From Octopus vulgaris (taxonomy: Eukaryota), in NCBI GenBank assembly GCA_951406725.2, contig OX597819.1, positions 24,428,001 to 24,492,000 on the forward strand: a stretch of DNA of 64,000 bases, in the 5' to 3' direction. Shown here piece after piece: positions 26,548 through 40,334 of this stretch. The stretch's first letter is position 1. Each line of letters starts with the position of its first letter. The notes beneath the pieces were generated by a model. That model made no database searches, was not told the origin of the DNA, and saw only the letters and a program-made list of their open reading frames with translations. The translations under genes were made by a program, and so were the position numbers.

Positions 26548-26985
26548 ACCGACTGTGCGGTTAAGAAAATAGCTTTGCAAGAGCATGGTCTCACGTTCAG
26601 TCCCACTGCGCGGCAGTTTGAGCAAGTGGCTTCTGCTATAGCTTCAGGCCGGCTAATGTGTTATGAGGGAATTTGTTAGAGGAAAACAGTGAGGAAGCAC
26701 TTTATATATTTATTGTTTTTGTGTGCGTGTCTGTACGTGCGTGTGTGTGTATGTTTGCTTGTGTATGTGCATGCATGTATTTATACGTGTGTCCGTGTCT
26801 TTGTGTTTGTGTTTCCTCCAACACATCTTGAAGACTGCTGTTGGCTCGTTTACGTCCCTCTCATTTTGCGGTTCGGCAAAACAGACCGATAGGCTAAGTA
26901 GCAGTAAAGAAAAAAGTCCTGGGATTGATTTGTGTGACTCAAACATACTACGCTGTGCCCTAGCATAGCCGCGCTCCAATGAAGG
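26548..26985 (+). mobile_element. Degenerate SINE family B
   Basis: gttcagtcccactgcgcggc, gcggttcggcaaaacagaccgatag. Confidence 0.7.
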
Positions 26986-27134
26986 TATTTTCCTTCAGCC
27001 ATGTCTGTCAAGATTTACCTGGTTGACATGGTGTGTTTGCATCTTTCGAATGTTTTCTCTTTTCCCTCTTTCCTTTTCTCACTCTCCTTGTCTGCGTATC
27101 ACACGCATTTTATCTCCCCCTTTTTCTCTCTCTC

Positions 27135-27175
<41 letters not shown>

Positions 27176-27203
27176 TACACTCTATATGTCTGTCTCTGCC
27201 TCT

Positions 27204-27241
<38 letters not shown>

Positions 27242-27632
27242 TAAACACACTTTTTGTCTGTCTCTGCCTCTCCCTCTCTCACACACAATCTGTGTGTCTA
27301 TCTCTTCCACCCCTTCTCTCTTTCTTTCTATCCCTGTCATTTGTGGAAATACCTTAGAAGTCATATAGAGGTCATTGCGTATGTTATGCTTCAGATAATT
27401 ATCAAACTCATTCTACAAGTATGAAAGTATAAGGTATAGGCATGTTCATGTACGTAATACCTATAAGTGTGAGCGTGTGTGTGTGTGTGTGTGTGTCTTG
27501 ACTGTATATTTAGCTTATTAATTGTAGGTACCAAACAGCTGTGGTCATGCTGGACTGTCATAAGAAATACATGCCCGAACGCTCACGCATGCACTCCATC
27601 ACTTTCATATTATATATATATATATATATATA

Positions 27633-27870
27633 TACTTTATTTAAAAGCAGCAGATATTCAACAAAACCTGTTACTCGGAGTTTCATGTTCCCGTTCGTCG
27701 GACATTTTTGTTTTAAAAAAAATAAACTGTCCGACGAACGGACGGGAACGTGAAACTCCGAGTTACAGGTTTTCTTGAATTTCTGCTGCTTTTAAATAAA
27801 GCATATTACTCTACCCCTGGTATTTGAGTACTCTTTTTCCACCTTGTTTCACATATATGTGTTTACTCCG
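27633..27870 (+). mobile_element. Palindromic HHR-bearing Penelope-like remnant in (TA)n
   Basis: Arms about 27635-27705 and 27727-27801 inverted; HHR motifs at 27669-27704(-) and 27728-27767(+). Confidence 0.7.
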
Positions 27871-27871
27871 G

Positions 27872-27914
<43 letters not shown>

Positions 27915-27958
27915 CAATAATAATTCTCTAAAAGGAATATAGACAGTAACTGCTCGAC

Positions 27959-28152
27959 AACATAAGGGACTAAGCCATCTGAATATGGCTAGGGACAGGC
28001 AGGGTGGTGGGGGTGTTACTGTTGCATTTAGCCCCAGGCGAACATCGACGTCACCAGACGTCGATGTTCGCCTGGGGCTAAATGCAACAGTAACACCCCC
28101 ACCACCCTGCCCTGTCCCTAGCCATATTCAGATGGCTTTAGTCCCTTATGTT
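27959..28152. repeat. Near-perfect long palindrome with 4-nt loop
   Basis: Arms of about 95 bp around acca (28053-28056), differing by two 1-bp indels. Confidence 0.95.
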
Positions 28153-28336
28153 ATATATATATATATATATATATATAATATGGCAATGTAACTACACTCG
28201 TGCTGTTGGCGATTTCTTTTCCTTCTTTTGGACTTTTCCTTTTCTCCTTTCCGACAAAGCGCTATGCTCGAAACGTCAAAAATTCTCTCATTTTACTGAG
28301 CATCAAACTAATACATTCCTTGTGCACGTTCTCTTG

Positions 28337-28405
<69 letters not shown>

Positions 28406-28946
28406 TGTGTGTGTGTGCATGTGAATTACATATAACCAGATGTTCAGTTATATGTATACGTAATTAATGAATAGGGTTTCTTATGATGACAGATGTGTGG
28501 TTAAAAAGTTTACTCAGATACTGCGTGGCTTCATGTTTAATCTCACTGCGCAGCATCTTAAGCAAGTATTTTCTACCATAGCTTCGGGTCAATTTATAAC
28601 TTGTGAATGAATTTGGTAAGTCGTTCCCTTTGCGGTTATTGAAACTCCCAAATTACTACGAGTACTTAGTAGATTCATTATAATAATTATTATCATTGAT
28701 AAAATCATAATGGTGACCTCACTTGGTTAGGTACAAGATTAGTTATCATTGGAGAGCATATATCTGATTGAAGTGATTGTAGAAAACTGTATCTATTTTA
28801 TCAATCACAGAGAGATGAAAATCCAACGTATAGTTACAATATCAGCTTGGATCAAACGGGGACAGAATTAAATTCAATGTATTTCATCTGGAAATGTCCC
28901 CACCAGATGCTTTCAATGTCATCTGAACTCTGGGTACGAAAGATAT

Positions 28947-29200
28947 TCTTTTCTACTCTAGGCATAAGGCCCAAAATTTTGGGGGAGAGGGCCAGTCGAT
29001 TAGATCGACTCCAGTACGCAACTGGTACTTAATTTATCGACTCGGAAAGGATGAAAGGCAAAGTCGACCTAGGCGGATTTTGAAGTCAGAACGTAAAGAC
29101 AGACGAAATACCTATTTCTTTACTACCCACAAGGGGCTAAACACAGAGGGGAAAAACAAGGACAGACACACGGATTAAGTCGATTACATCGACCACAGTA
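28947..29200 (-). mobile_element. SINE family C, two fused partial copies
   Basis: ggtacttaatttatcgactcggaaaggatgaaaggcaaagtcgacc; second tail type matches 44870-44925. Confidence 0.8.
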
Positions 29201-29257
29201 CATAACAGGTACATAACCACAGTACATAACCACAGTACATAACCACAGTACATAACA
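29193..29257. repeat. 13-bp minisatellite (CCACAGTACATAA)n
   Basis: About five tandem units, one imperfect. Confidence 0.85.
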
Positions 29258-29364
29258 CAACGCACCACCAGGTCTATGGATTGAAATCACTATCGCTAGA
29301 TCGTGAGGGCAGCACCCTAGCCACCAAGCCATGCACCCTCGCAATAATAATGATAAAGATAATA

Positions 29365-29507
29365 GCCTACAATCTAGGTGTATTGCAAAAACCGGCATTA
29401 CTTCTACTACAGGCATATTGCGCAAAGTACTGTTTATCTGAGGTCCTTGTTGTGACTTGAAGGGCAGTACAAACCCCCGGTAGACACAGTATCTTCAATT
29501 AACATCA
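29365..29507 (+). mobile_element. 3' tip of a second R4/Dong-like family
   Basis: LQK..ILRKVL-like terminus followed by a short UTR and (TAA)n. Confidence 0.5.
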
Positions 29508-29515
29508 TAATAATG

Positions 29516-29567
<52 letters not shown>

Positions 29568-29572
<5 letters not shown>

Positions 29573-30592
29573 CTGTTCTCAGTATTTAAGGAAGCTGACA
29601 AATACAAACAAGAAATCATACCACAAAGAAGAAGAAGAAGATGATGAAGAAACAACAAAAGCTATAAAACAAATGAAATCCAAACTAAAAATAGAACAGC
29701 AACGAGCCATGATAAAACGATGGCAAGAAAAACCCCTTCATGGTAAATACTGCACTAAACTAAACGCAAAAGAAATAGACAAAGAAAAATCCCAGCAATG
29801 GTTGAGAAGCTCAGGACTCAAAGCAGAAACAGAGGGATTTTTAATTGCAGCACAAGACCAAATCCTCCCCACCAGAAATTACCAAAAACATGTAATGAAA
29901 AGAAATATTACAAGTAACTGCAGAATATGTGGAGATGGACAAGAAACAATAAATCATATTATCTCTGGCTGCCCAGTCCTGGCTAAGAAGGAATATATTC
30001 ACAGACATGACAGAGTTGGAACCTACATACATTGGAAGCTATGCCAACATTATGGAATAACAACAGAAAAAAGATGGTATAGGCACACACCAGAAAAGGT
30101 CACAGAAAACGAGAAAGCAACCATACTCTGGGATATGCCGATACACACAGATAGAGAAATTAAGGCCAACAGACCAGATATAGTTGTCAGAGATCATGAA
30201 GAAAAAAAAAGCTTTCTAATTGATGTATCAATACCGGCAGATGACAACGTGTCTCTAAAAGAAATGGAGAAACTCTCAAAATACAAAGACCTGGAAATAG
30301 AGGTAACTAGAATGTGGAACCTGAAAACAGAAACAATTCCTATCATAGTAGGTGCATTAGGCATAATAATAAAATATTCAGACAAATACATAACAAAAAC
30401 ACCAGGACTTACAAACACATATAACATATAGAAAATTGCACTACTAGGCACTGCACACATCCTACGCAGAACACTTTCCATACAATAACCATCAGAGCAT
30501 CACAACAAATCACAGCACATACCCAAGGCACACAGAGCTGCGCTCGGTAGTGAAGTGAAAGCACGCTATAAAAATAAAAATAAAACTACTGA
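29568..30592 (+). mobile_element. 5'-truncated R4/Dong-clade non-LTR retrotransposon in (TAA)n
   Basis: RLE-type ORF, 3' UTR, (TAA)n on both sides. Confidence 0.88.
29673..30431 (+). pseudogene. Zn-knuckle plus restriction-like endonuclease domain (premature stop near C-terminus)
   Basis: WQEKPLHG, TEGFLIAAQDQ, CRIC..ETINHIISGC, RHD, NRPDIV, IDVSIP, EKLSKY; TAG here is CAG in the copy at 37621. Confidence 0.9.
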
Positions 30593-30617
30593 ATAATAAT
30601 AATAATGATAATAATAA

Positions 30618-30830
30618 TCCTTTCTACTAAAGGCAAATGGCCTGAAATTTTGATGGGAGAGGACTCGTCGATTACATCGACTCTAATATTTCACTGGTAC
30701 TTAAGTTATCGACCCTGAAAGGATGAAAGGCAAAGTCGACCGCAGCGGAATTTGAACTCAGAATGTAAAGACGGACAAAATGCCGCTAAGATTTCACCCG
30801 GCGCGCTAATGATTCTGCCAGCTCACCGCA
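30618..30830 (-). mobile_element. SINE family C
   Basis: ggatgaaaggcaaagtcgacc..gattctgccagctcaccgc. Confidence 0.85.
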
Positions 30831-30918
30831 ATAGTTAATAATAATAACAACAACAACAACAACAACAACAATAATAATATTTATAATAATAATAACAATA
30901 ATAATAATAATAATATAT

Positions 30919-31475
30919 GCCCTGATGCAGTACCAGGCAGTGGCACTCATAGCTTTTGATCTTAGTTGATTGGAAGTGTTATCATGTACATTGTTATATC
31001 TTGGTATAAAAGATGGGCTACAGCAAATATTCTGCTCAATACCACAGATTTGCTTGTCAGTTCTTTGATCTTAACCAGTTGACCATGTCCCTTACTGGCT
31101 GACGATATGTGCATCTCTGATCACCAGCAGAAGTAGTGGGGGAACATCATAAACCATGTGTTGAGAGGGATTCTTTGGGGTTTGAATAATTCCCCTCTGG
31201 AAACATGGGTGTTTCGTTCAACATCATTAAACAACCCTTATTCAGGGACCTTTTGAGCGGGATGGGTTACTCAACAACAAATAAATTCTAACTGGGCTCC
31301 ACCTGCAAGGTCATGCGCTGTTTATTTTGATATGAGATCATCATATCGCGTACATATGGTTGTGATGCAAGTGCTTAGTGTACCCTTATCAGACGGGTAG
31401 TCACGATGGGTATACTGAGCTTCGTATATTTTCCCCCAGTGTCACTTTGATGGCATGCACTGCCCCCTCACTCAA
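30919..31475 (+). mobile_element. Non-coding element of about 555 bp inserted in (TAA)n
   Basis: Colinear homolog at 60275-60828; ends ctcactcaa(taa)n. Confidence 0.8.
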
Positions 31476-31489
31476 TAATAATAATAATA

Positions 31490-31521
<32 letters not shown>

Positions 31522-32075
31522 AACGATGATTTCATAAAGATAATTTGTTTCGTGGGTACAAGGCCACAAAATCTGGACTTGTTGTTGATGCGGATGTGTG
31601 CTAACGGATGCGGTGGTGGTGTTGGTGAGTTGGTGTTGACGAATTATAAGGAAAGTTGATATGCGCGCGTGTGTTTGTGAGCGATATCCAAATAACACAT
31701 CATTTTTTTTGCTATTCCTTATTTCATCTCAGAGCTTCGGCTTTGGGTAAAGATACATTAAAAAAAAAGAAAGAAAGAAATTTTTGTTATAAAACACAAG
31801 GGGACTGTTGAAATCGAGTTCAGGTGGTTATCTATATCATATTATGTTATGTTTTTAAATTGGAAATTACATAGAAATGTAGCTATAATTAGTCATATTT
31901 CTGTACCTAGATTACCTGACTGTAAACAGGTAAACAACAGGAAATGAACATAAATTCATGTCTAATTACTCCACCCATAAGCGGGAAATTAGTTATGGTT
32001 TCCTCTCTGATATGTGTGCGTGTGAGGGGTGCGAGATTATGTATATAAATATGTACCATGTTATATATATATATT

Positions 32076-32205
32076 GGAAGCACTCCGTCGGTTACGACGA
32101 CGAGGGTTCCGGTTGATCCGATCAACGGAACAGCCTGCTCGTGAAATTAACGTGTAAGTGGCTGAGCACTCCACAGACACGTGTACCCTTAACTTAGTTC
32201 TCGGG
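32076..32205 (-). mobile_element. SINE family A, 3' portion
   Basis: ggaagcactccgtcggttacgacgacgagggttccgg.. Confidence 0.85.
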
Positions 32206-32233
32206 GTTGTTCGAAACCGATGTACTACTGTAT

Positions 32234-32307
<74 letters not shown>

Positions 32308-32616
32308 TAACACAGAGTAATAGCTCACTTTTCGAGGATCCGGAAACTTTTCAAACACAGATCAAAATTTTGAACGAAGTGCAATCGTTTCTGCTATCGT
32401 AACATATACTTTTAAGTGGTACCAAGAACTTTATGGATAGCGAAAAAAGAATTTCTTCTAAGCAAACAAATCTAGACTTCGGGCTTCTGCTACTCTAGAC
32501 CGATGATGGACAAAAATCTAGACTTGTTTTTTAAAAAGAAATCTACCAGCCCGTCTACAAGTGCTTGTGAATCGGCGATCGCGTCTATAAGTGATGGTGT
32601 ATATTTTTTTATTATA

Positions 32617-33119
<503 letters not shown>

Positions 33120-33646
33120 ATTTTCACATTCATTTTACTTTACATAATATCTTTGATGTTTCAACCATCGTCGGACTGCGATGTATTAGAATTAGTCTTG
33201 CGTTTATATAGTCTCTGTAGAGTTACAGAAACTTCGAAGTCACTGTTAACGACATTCTTGTATAAGAATTACAAATATGTATCTTATTCAATTTTATTTC
33301 AAGATTTCTTGCCAATAGAGAAGGAGCTGGTTTCTTGCCTAGATCCAAAGATCCTTTATCAACAATAGGGTATTTTTGTATGTATGTATATGTGCCGATT
33401 TGTATGTTTTGTTTTATGTATGTCTTCTCAAGCATATAATTGCATAACTAGACATGCTCATATATATTTAAATGATAAATTTCTGGTAACTTTTACAGAT
33501 TTTTACATTTGTATGTATGTATGTATGATGTATGTGTGCATGCATGTATGTATATATAAATATACGTATGCTTGCATGTGTGTATGCATGTATGTATATA
33601 TGCCTGCATGTATGTATTCAAGAATATATGTAGGCTTGCATGCATA

Positions 33647-33800
33647 TAGGCGTAGGAGTGGTAAGTAGCTTGCTTACAAACCACATGTTTCCGGGTTCAG
33701 TTCCACTGCGTGGCACCTAGGGCAAGTGTCTTCTACTATAGCCTCGGGCCGACAAAAGCCTTGTGAGTCGATTTGGTAGACGGAAAATGAAAGAAACCCG

Positions 33801-33882
<82 letters not shown>

Positions 33883-33929
33883 ATATATATATATATATAT
33901 ATATGCATATGTATGTATGCATATGTATG

Positions 33930-33964
<35 letters not shown>

Positions 33965-34460
33965 TACAAAATTAGAGAATGGAGAAACATACTTAAATCA
34001 ATAAAACATCAACTATCAGATGATACCCAATCAATACTTTAATACACCATTACATATCAGTAAAGGCATTATACAAAATATACAGTAAGAGTAAATAGAC
34101 AAAGAGATATAAGTATAAAATTTCAAATATAATATGTAATTAAATCAAATCAACCCCTATCTCATTTTATAACCTATATATATATATATATATATAAATA
34201 TATATGTATGTATATATATATATATGTATTTATGTATGCGTATGTGTATATGTTTCTGTGTCTGTGTTTGTCCCCCAACATCGCTTGACAACCGATGGTG
34301 GTGTGTTTACGTCCCGTAACTTAGCGGTTAAGCAAAAGAGACTGATAGAATAAGCACTAGGCTTACAAAGAATAAGTTCTGGGGTCGATTTACTCAACTA
34401 GAAGGCGGTGCTCCAGCATGGCCGCAGTCAAATGACTGAAACAAGTAAAAGAGTAAAGAG
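33647..34460 (+). mobile_element. SINE family B interrupted in its internal (TA)n
   Basis: Head 33647-33803, tail 34250-34460, AT-rich insert 33964-34175. Confidence 0.85.
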
Positions 34461-34486
34461 TATATGTATGCATTTATGTATGATGG

Positions 34487-34790
34487 TGAAAGGGCATGGT
34501 TTAGTGGTTAGGGTACTCACCTCACGATCGTAAGATCGTCAGTTCCATTCACAGTGGCCCATTGTTTCCTTATGCGAAACATTTTATTTCACGTTGCTCC
34601 AGTCCACTCAGCTGGCAAAACTGAGGCGTGCCTTTCTTACATTTTTCTCACGCGAAATCTCACTGAGAACTATATTAAGGGTACTCGTATTTGTGGGTTG
34701 CCCAGGCACTTGTTCATTAATTTCACGAGCAGGCTGTTCTGTTGATCAAATCAAACGGGACATATGTCGTCGTAACTGAGGGAGAGACAG
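34487..34790 (+). mobile_element. Degenerate SINE (tRNA head, CORE-like segment, family-A tail)
   Basis: tggtttagtggttaggg, ttcacgttgctccagtccactcagctgg, ttcacgagcaggctgttc. Confidence 0.65.
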
Positions 34791-34897
34791 GCTATGCATA
34801 ATGCCTCCAAGCAAGACATAGGATGTTGCACAGGGACTCAGCTCTGAGTGCACTGTTTCTCATAGCAGAAACATTCCTAAGTTAATGAAGTTGGTTC

Positions 34898-34941
<44 letters not shown>

Positions 34942-35112
34942 GTGAATGTATGTATATATATATATAATATAATGCACATACATATAAATATGTGTGTGTA
35001 TGTATATATGTTCACACATATACACACATACACATACACACACCCATATACATAGAAAGAGCGAGAGAGAAAGAGAGAGAGAGAACGCATAGAATACATG
35101 TGTATATCTATC

Positions 35113-35152
<40 letters not shown>

Positions 35153-35814
35153 TGTATGTATGCAGTTATATGTATATACATAATGACATATACATATATA
35201 TATATATATGTATGCATGTATGTATGCAGTTATATGTATATACATAATGACATATACATATATATATATATATGTTCATTCTCACACATATATACACATG
35301 TCTATATATAGACCTAGACACGCAATTAATGGATATATGTATACGTGAAAGTATATCATATACATTTATGTTACTCGCAGTCAATCATTTTCGCTTATAT
35401 TTACGAAACATATGCAAATAACTACTGTCAACTTTACCTGCAGGTGAAACATGATGTATGAAATGGGTAAAAGGAACGCCAACAGAAAGCATAATGGCAA
35501 AGAGGGGTGCGGTAGGAGAAGGGGAACAATTAAAGCGAGGAGGGAGATAATCGTTTTACAAATGGCTACCAGCAGCGGCGGCCATTGATCTCGGTTTTTC
35601 TTTTTGTTCTTTCTTCGTTATTTTTTTATTTTTATTCATTCTTATTCTTTTGTGTTGAGTAACTACTTACATACAAATCTAATAGATTATAAGTAAATAC
35701 CTTCTAATGTGAGAGATTCCTTTGTGGCAGTTTTACCCCACTTTTTAACTTTACACACAGATACATGCATACATACATACATACATACATATATGTCTGT
35801 GTGCGCTAGCGCGC

Positions 35815-35826
35815 GTATATATATGT

Positions 35827-35860
<34 letters not shown>

Positions 35861-35946
35861 GTGTGTGTATATGTATATATGTATATTTATATATATATAT
35901 GTGTGTGTATATGTATATATATGTATATATGTATATATATGTATAT

Positions 35947-35978
<32 letters not shown>

Positions 35979-36063
35979 GTATATATATATGTATATGTAT
36001 ATGTATAAATATATATATATATGTATATGTATAAATATATATATGTATATGTATATATATATG

Positions 36064-36110
<47 letters not shown>

Positions 36111-36175
36111 GTATAAATATATATATGTATATTTATAAATATATATATGTATATGTATATGTATATATATATACA
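35815..36175. repeat. (TATATG)n/(TA)n microsatellite
   Basis: Direct inspection. Confidence 0.9.
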
Positions 36176-36452
36176 GCGCGCGCACAGAAGTTAATCTATA
36201 TAGATGTGTTTTATAATTTAGTGTGCGTATGTGTTTCTACGCAATTATGCAAAACTTGCGAGTGTGTGTGTGTATGTCTGTGTGAGCGTGTGTGTAAGGT
36301 AATTTATTCATGATATGCCAATGGCGAAAAAAAAAGAGAGGGACTTTGTATATGGGGAAGGAGAGAAAGATCAAGGGACAAAAAGACAGCCGGGGGTAGA
36401 AATTAGGGAGATAAATTGGGAAGCAGATTGGAGAGAGAGGATGAATGAATGG

Positions 36453-36483
<31 letters not shown>

Positions 36484-37076
36484 AGGAAAGAAGGAAAGAA
36501 AGAAAGAAAGAAGGATAGAAGGGAAATGGGGACAGGGTCGATTGTGTAAGAAAACCAATTAGTGACAGCGATGAAAATTTATAGTGATTGATATCTTAAA
36601 TGTTAATAAGTTTTTTTTAAAAAGTATTTGAAGCTGTTTTGAAAACAAGAGAAACCGATAGTGTTACCAAGTCTTTATGCGATTGCTCGAACCCCCAGCA
36701 ATGGTAGTTAAATCTCCTTCAAACTCGTTTCTGCTGTTTTTTTTTTTTTCAAATGGAACAGACGTATTTACAAAAGTCAGCTTTGTAAACAGTATGTCTA
36801 AAACAGCATGACTAAAATGATATGGCTAAAACAGTTTCACTAAAATAGACTGTATGTCCAATGATAATACGCAGGTCTAGCAAACGGTTATACGACACGC
36901 TCCAACTACATCAACTTAAACTTCTTCATGATATGATTGGAGAAGCTTCGCTACATACATCTTATGGTGGTGCAAGGCTAAATATAGATAAGACACAAGG
37001 CAACATAATGAATAATCCACACTAATTGGCTTATATCTATATCTATAACTATCTATCTGTCTATCCATATATATAT

Positions 37077-37443
37077 TCTCTTTACTCTTTTACTTGTTTC
37101 AGTCATTTGACTGCGGCCATGCTGGAGCACCACCTTTTAGTACTTATTCTATCGGTCTCTTTTTGCCGAACCGCTAAGTGACGGGGACCTAAACACACCA
37201 GCATCGGTTGTCAAGCAATGCTAGGGGGACAAACACAGACACACAAACACACGCATACATATATATATATACATATATACGACAGGCTTCTTTCAGTTTC
37301 CGTCTACCAAATCCACTCACAAGGCATTGGTCGGCCCGGGGCTATAGCAGAAGACACTTGCCCAAGATGCCACGCAGTGGGACTGAACCCGCAACCTTGT
37401 GGTTGGTTAGCAAGCTACTTACCACACAGCCACTCCTGCGCCT
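37077..37443 (-). mobile_element. SINE family B
   Basis: Near full-length match to 54847-55257. Confidence 0.92.
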
Positions 37444-37469
37444 ATATATATTATATATATTATATATAT

Positions 37470-37519
<50 letters not shown>

Positions 37520-37559
37520 TAATAATAATACTAATATTAATAATAATAATAATAATAAT

Positions 37560-37780
37560 AATAAAATATTCAGACAAACACATAACAAAAACACCAGGAC
37601 TTACAAACACATATAACATACAGAAAATTGCACTACTAGGCACTGCACACATACTACGCAGAACACTTTCCATACCATAACCATCAGAGCATCACAACAA
37701 ATCACAGCACATACCCAAGGCACACAGAGCTGTGCTTGGTAGTGAAGTGAAAGCACCTATAAAAATAAAACTACTGAATG
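37560..37780 (+). mobile_element. 3' end of the same R4/Dong-like family in (TAA)n
   Basis: Near identical to 30368-30592; flanked by (TAA)n. Confidence 0.9.
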
Positions 37781-38409
37781 ATAATAATAATAAAATCGAA
37801 ATTTTGTCTGTCCGTCTGGGACCCCTGTTTCTCAATTAACATTTACTTTACATAAACATGTTATACCTTTTTGGAATCAGGATGATTTCAGGATTGAAAA
37901 TATGTCCTTCATTTGGTTCTTGAACATCCAGCATTGGGATCTAATTTAAAAGCATTTGGCTTGCTATTTCTAGCAGGTAAAGTTTGGCTGATTTACGCCA
38001 TCTTGGTGACGTATGTCAGATGATCAAGGAGGAGATGGCATTCGCTTCGTTAATTTTACGTCGAGATAAGAACTTTGGGACAAATTGGCCAACAGTTGGA
38101 ATTCAACTTGGGACTAGAGCAACATAATGATTGCATTACAGAATTAATTCTCATCCGTCCTTAACCTCCCATCAAACACCACCGGGTCATATAGTCATTA
38201 TAGACGTATTATAGTCATGTTATTTAGCTCCGTTTAGTTTGGGGCCGCATACCCAATTAGCTCTCCGCAGGAGCTAGCTTAAAAGTCCTCACATATATGA
38301 GCCCCAGTACCCAGAAGGCTGATTACCGAGTTTTCACGGCAGGTAATCGAAATCACAGCATTCTCCCAGAAACGTACACCAGTCGGTTTAAGTGTTCAAT
38401 GCCAGCATT

Positions 38410-38590
38410 TTAAGGGGAAAAGGCAAGTCATTTACCTCGACTCTAGTACTTGACTGGTACTTTATTTTGTCGGCTGCGAAGGTATGAAAGGCAAAGGTGA
38501 CCTTAGCGGGATTAGAACTCAGAGCGTAAAGAACCGGGAGAAATGCTGCTTAGTATTTTCTCCGGCGTGCACACGGGTCTGACAGTCGTC
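38410..38590 (-). mobile_element. Degenerate SINE family C
   Basis: ctggtactttattttgtcgg..atgaaaggcaaaggtgacc. Confidence 0.6.
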
Positions 38591-40334
38591 TATGTCATAC
38601 TAATATACCTACATATAACATCTCCCTATGCAATATTTTCTGCTCCGTATATTCACTTCAACGGTTTGAAATAAGAACACCTCGGTACTCTAGGGAGTCT
38701 TAGACAATACTTAAGGGCATCGTGGATTATTTTAAGGGTTGTTTCAAGTACGAATACTACAACTGACAAAAATTATTGATATCTACATTCTAAAATAAAA
38801 AGACTGCCTATAAACATATTTAGAATATAGTAGATTTTCCTCGAGCCTATATTTTCTCTCTTTGATTGAAACAAAAGCGTAACGTTACTTAAACATAGTG
38901 AGAAAGTTGTGAATGAGTCTGTTTTGAGAAACGATGGAAATCTGTCTACAAGAGCCTCATGGAAAACAGTCTTTCTACTCTTCTTCTGCAACCTAACAAC
39001 ACACAAACCGAAATAAAATCCCTTACAAAATTTCCAAAACAACTTGGGTTAGTCACTTCCACCAAGATGTGGAATTATAGTTTGAAGATTTGTAATTCCA
39101 TAATCTTAGTTATAGAATTGTAATTCCATATTCACACTATTTTCACCGACATACACGCAACAACAAAAATTGTAGAAATATCGCAAAGAACATTATCCAA
39201 AAATGTACAACCATAATTAAACAACTGAAACCGCTAGTGACTGACTTCAAACACATAACACAATTCCATAAGCTGATTAAATAAAACTAAGCATCATGAA
39301 AGTATACAAAGAAATAAGGTTAGAAATAAATTAATGGAAAGCAGAATCTGCCGCGTAGTTTTATTCAGTATGGACTACAAACATTCGATAAAAACAAAGA
39401 TTAAATACAGTAAAAGTAATTAGTAATATCAAGTGTCAATAACTATAATAACTGGAGTGCCATGTTACATGCCGCAATAACAACTTCAAACCACAACTGC
39501 CATACAACAATAGCAAACGGTCTTCCCTAAAATTAATTAACTCACAAAAAAAGTAGAAGGAAAAAACCCCCTCAAAACTTGCAGAAACACAGACTACAAG
39601 GCACATTCCACTATGCTGTAATCTTAACCCCCCCCCCCACCTCCAACAGATTCCTGAACAATTCACGAGAAATCTAAACTCAGAAAAAATTTAAATATTT
39701 CATGCCAGGAACATTCATCGCATTGGCCAGTAAATTTAATTATCGATATTAACATATATTAATTAACTAATTTCATGTTATTAATTCAAAAGAAGTAAGA
39801 TGGCGAACTAGCAGATTCGTGCTGTGCTCAGTAAATAACCGAACATGGAACCAAACATGTTGTCTGTCTTTCCTTTAGATATTATCAGCAACGTGGAGAG
39901 GGCGATTCTGACGTTTGGGTAACTCAGTCACTCTATACTTTCCACAGGTTACTCTCCTTGAGAGAAACTCCAGTTACAAAATACAACTGGGTAGGGAATA
40001 ATTTCAGATTATAAGCCTTCGGCTGGAGTGATGAATGGTAAGGTGCCAAAAGCTGTCTTCTTCTTCCAATCAGGACTCACGCCATTAGCCACAAAGAATA
40101 ATCTCTAATTCGAGCCTACTCTAAGAATGCGTGTGGCAATTTGAAGATCCACCCACCACACGCGATAGACTGGCGGTTGCACGGGCGCGAAAGCTACGTT
40201 ACTATCCTCATTGCGTAAACGGTGGCTTTTACTGGGTGGGGATCCTGGGGTACAGAGGATTCGCAATCTAGACTAGGGTCTGAAAGTTTACCACACCATA
40301 GTGGTTACACCATGGTTCCTCTACTTTGTGGCAG

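Noticed and set aside
29193-29257. CRISPR-like array
   Set aside because: Contiguous tandem units without spacers, eukaryotic context, no cas genes
33150-33180. Minus-strand CCGACGA-tggtt-GAAAC hammerhead candidate
   Set aside because: No helix II or helix I pairing
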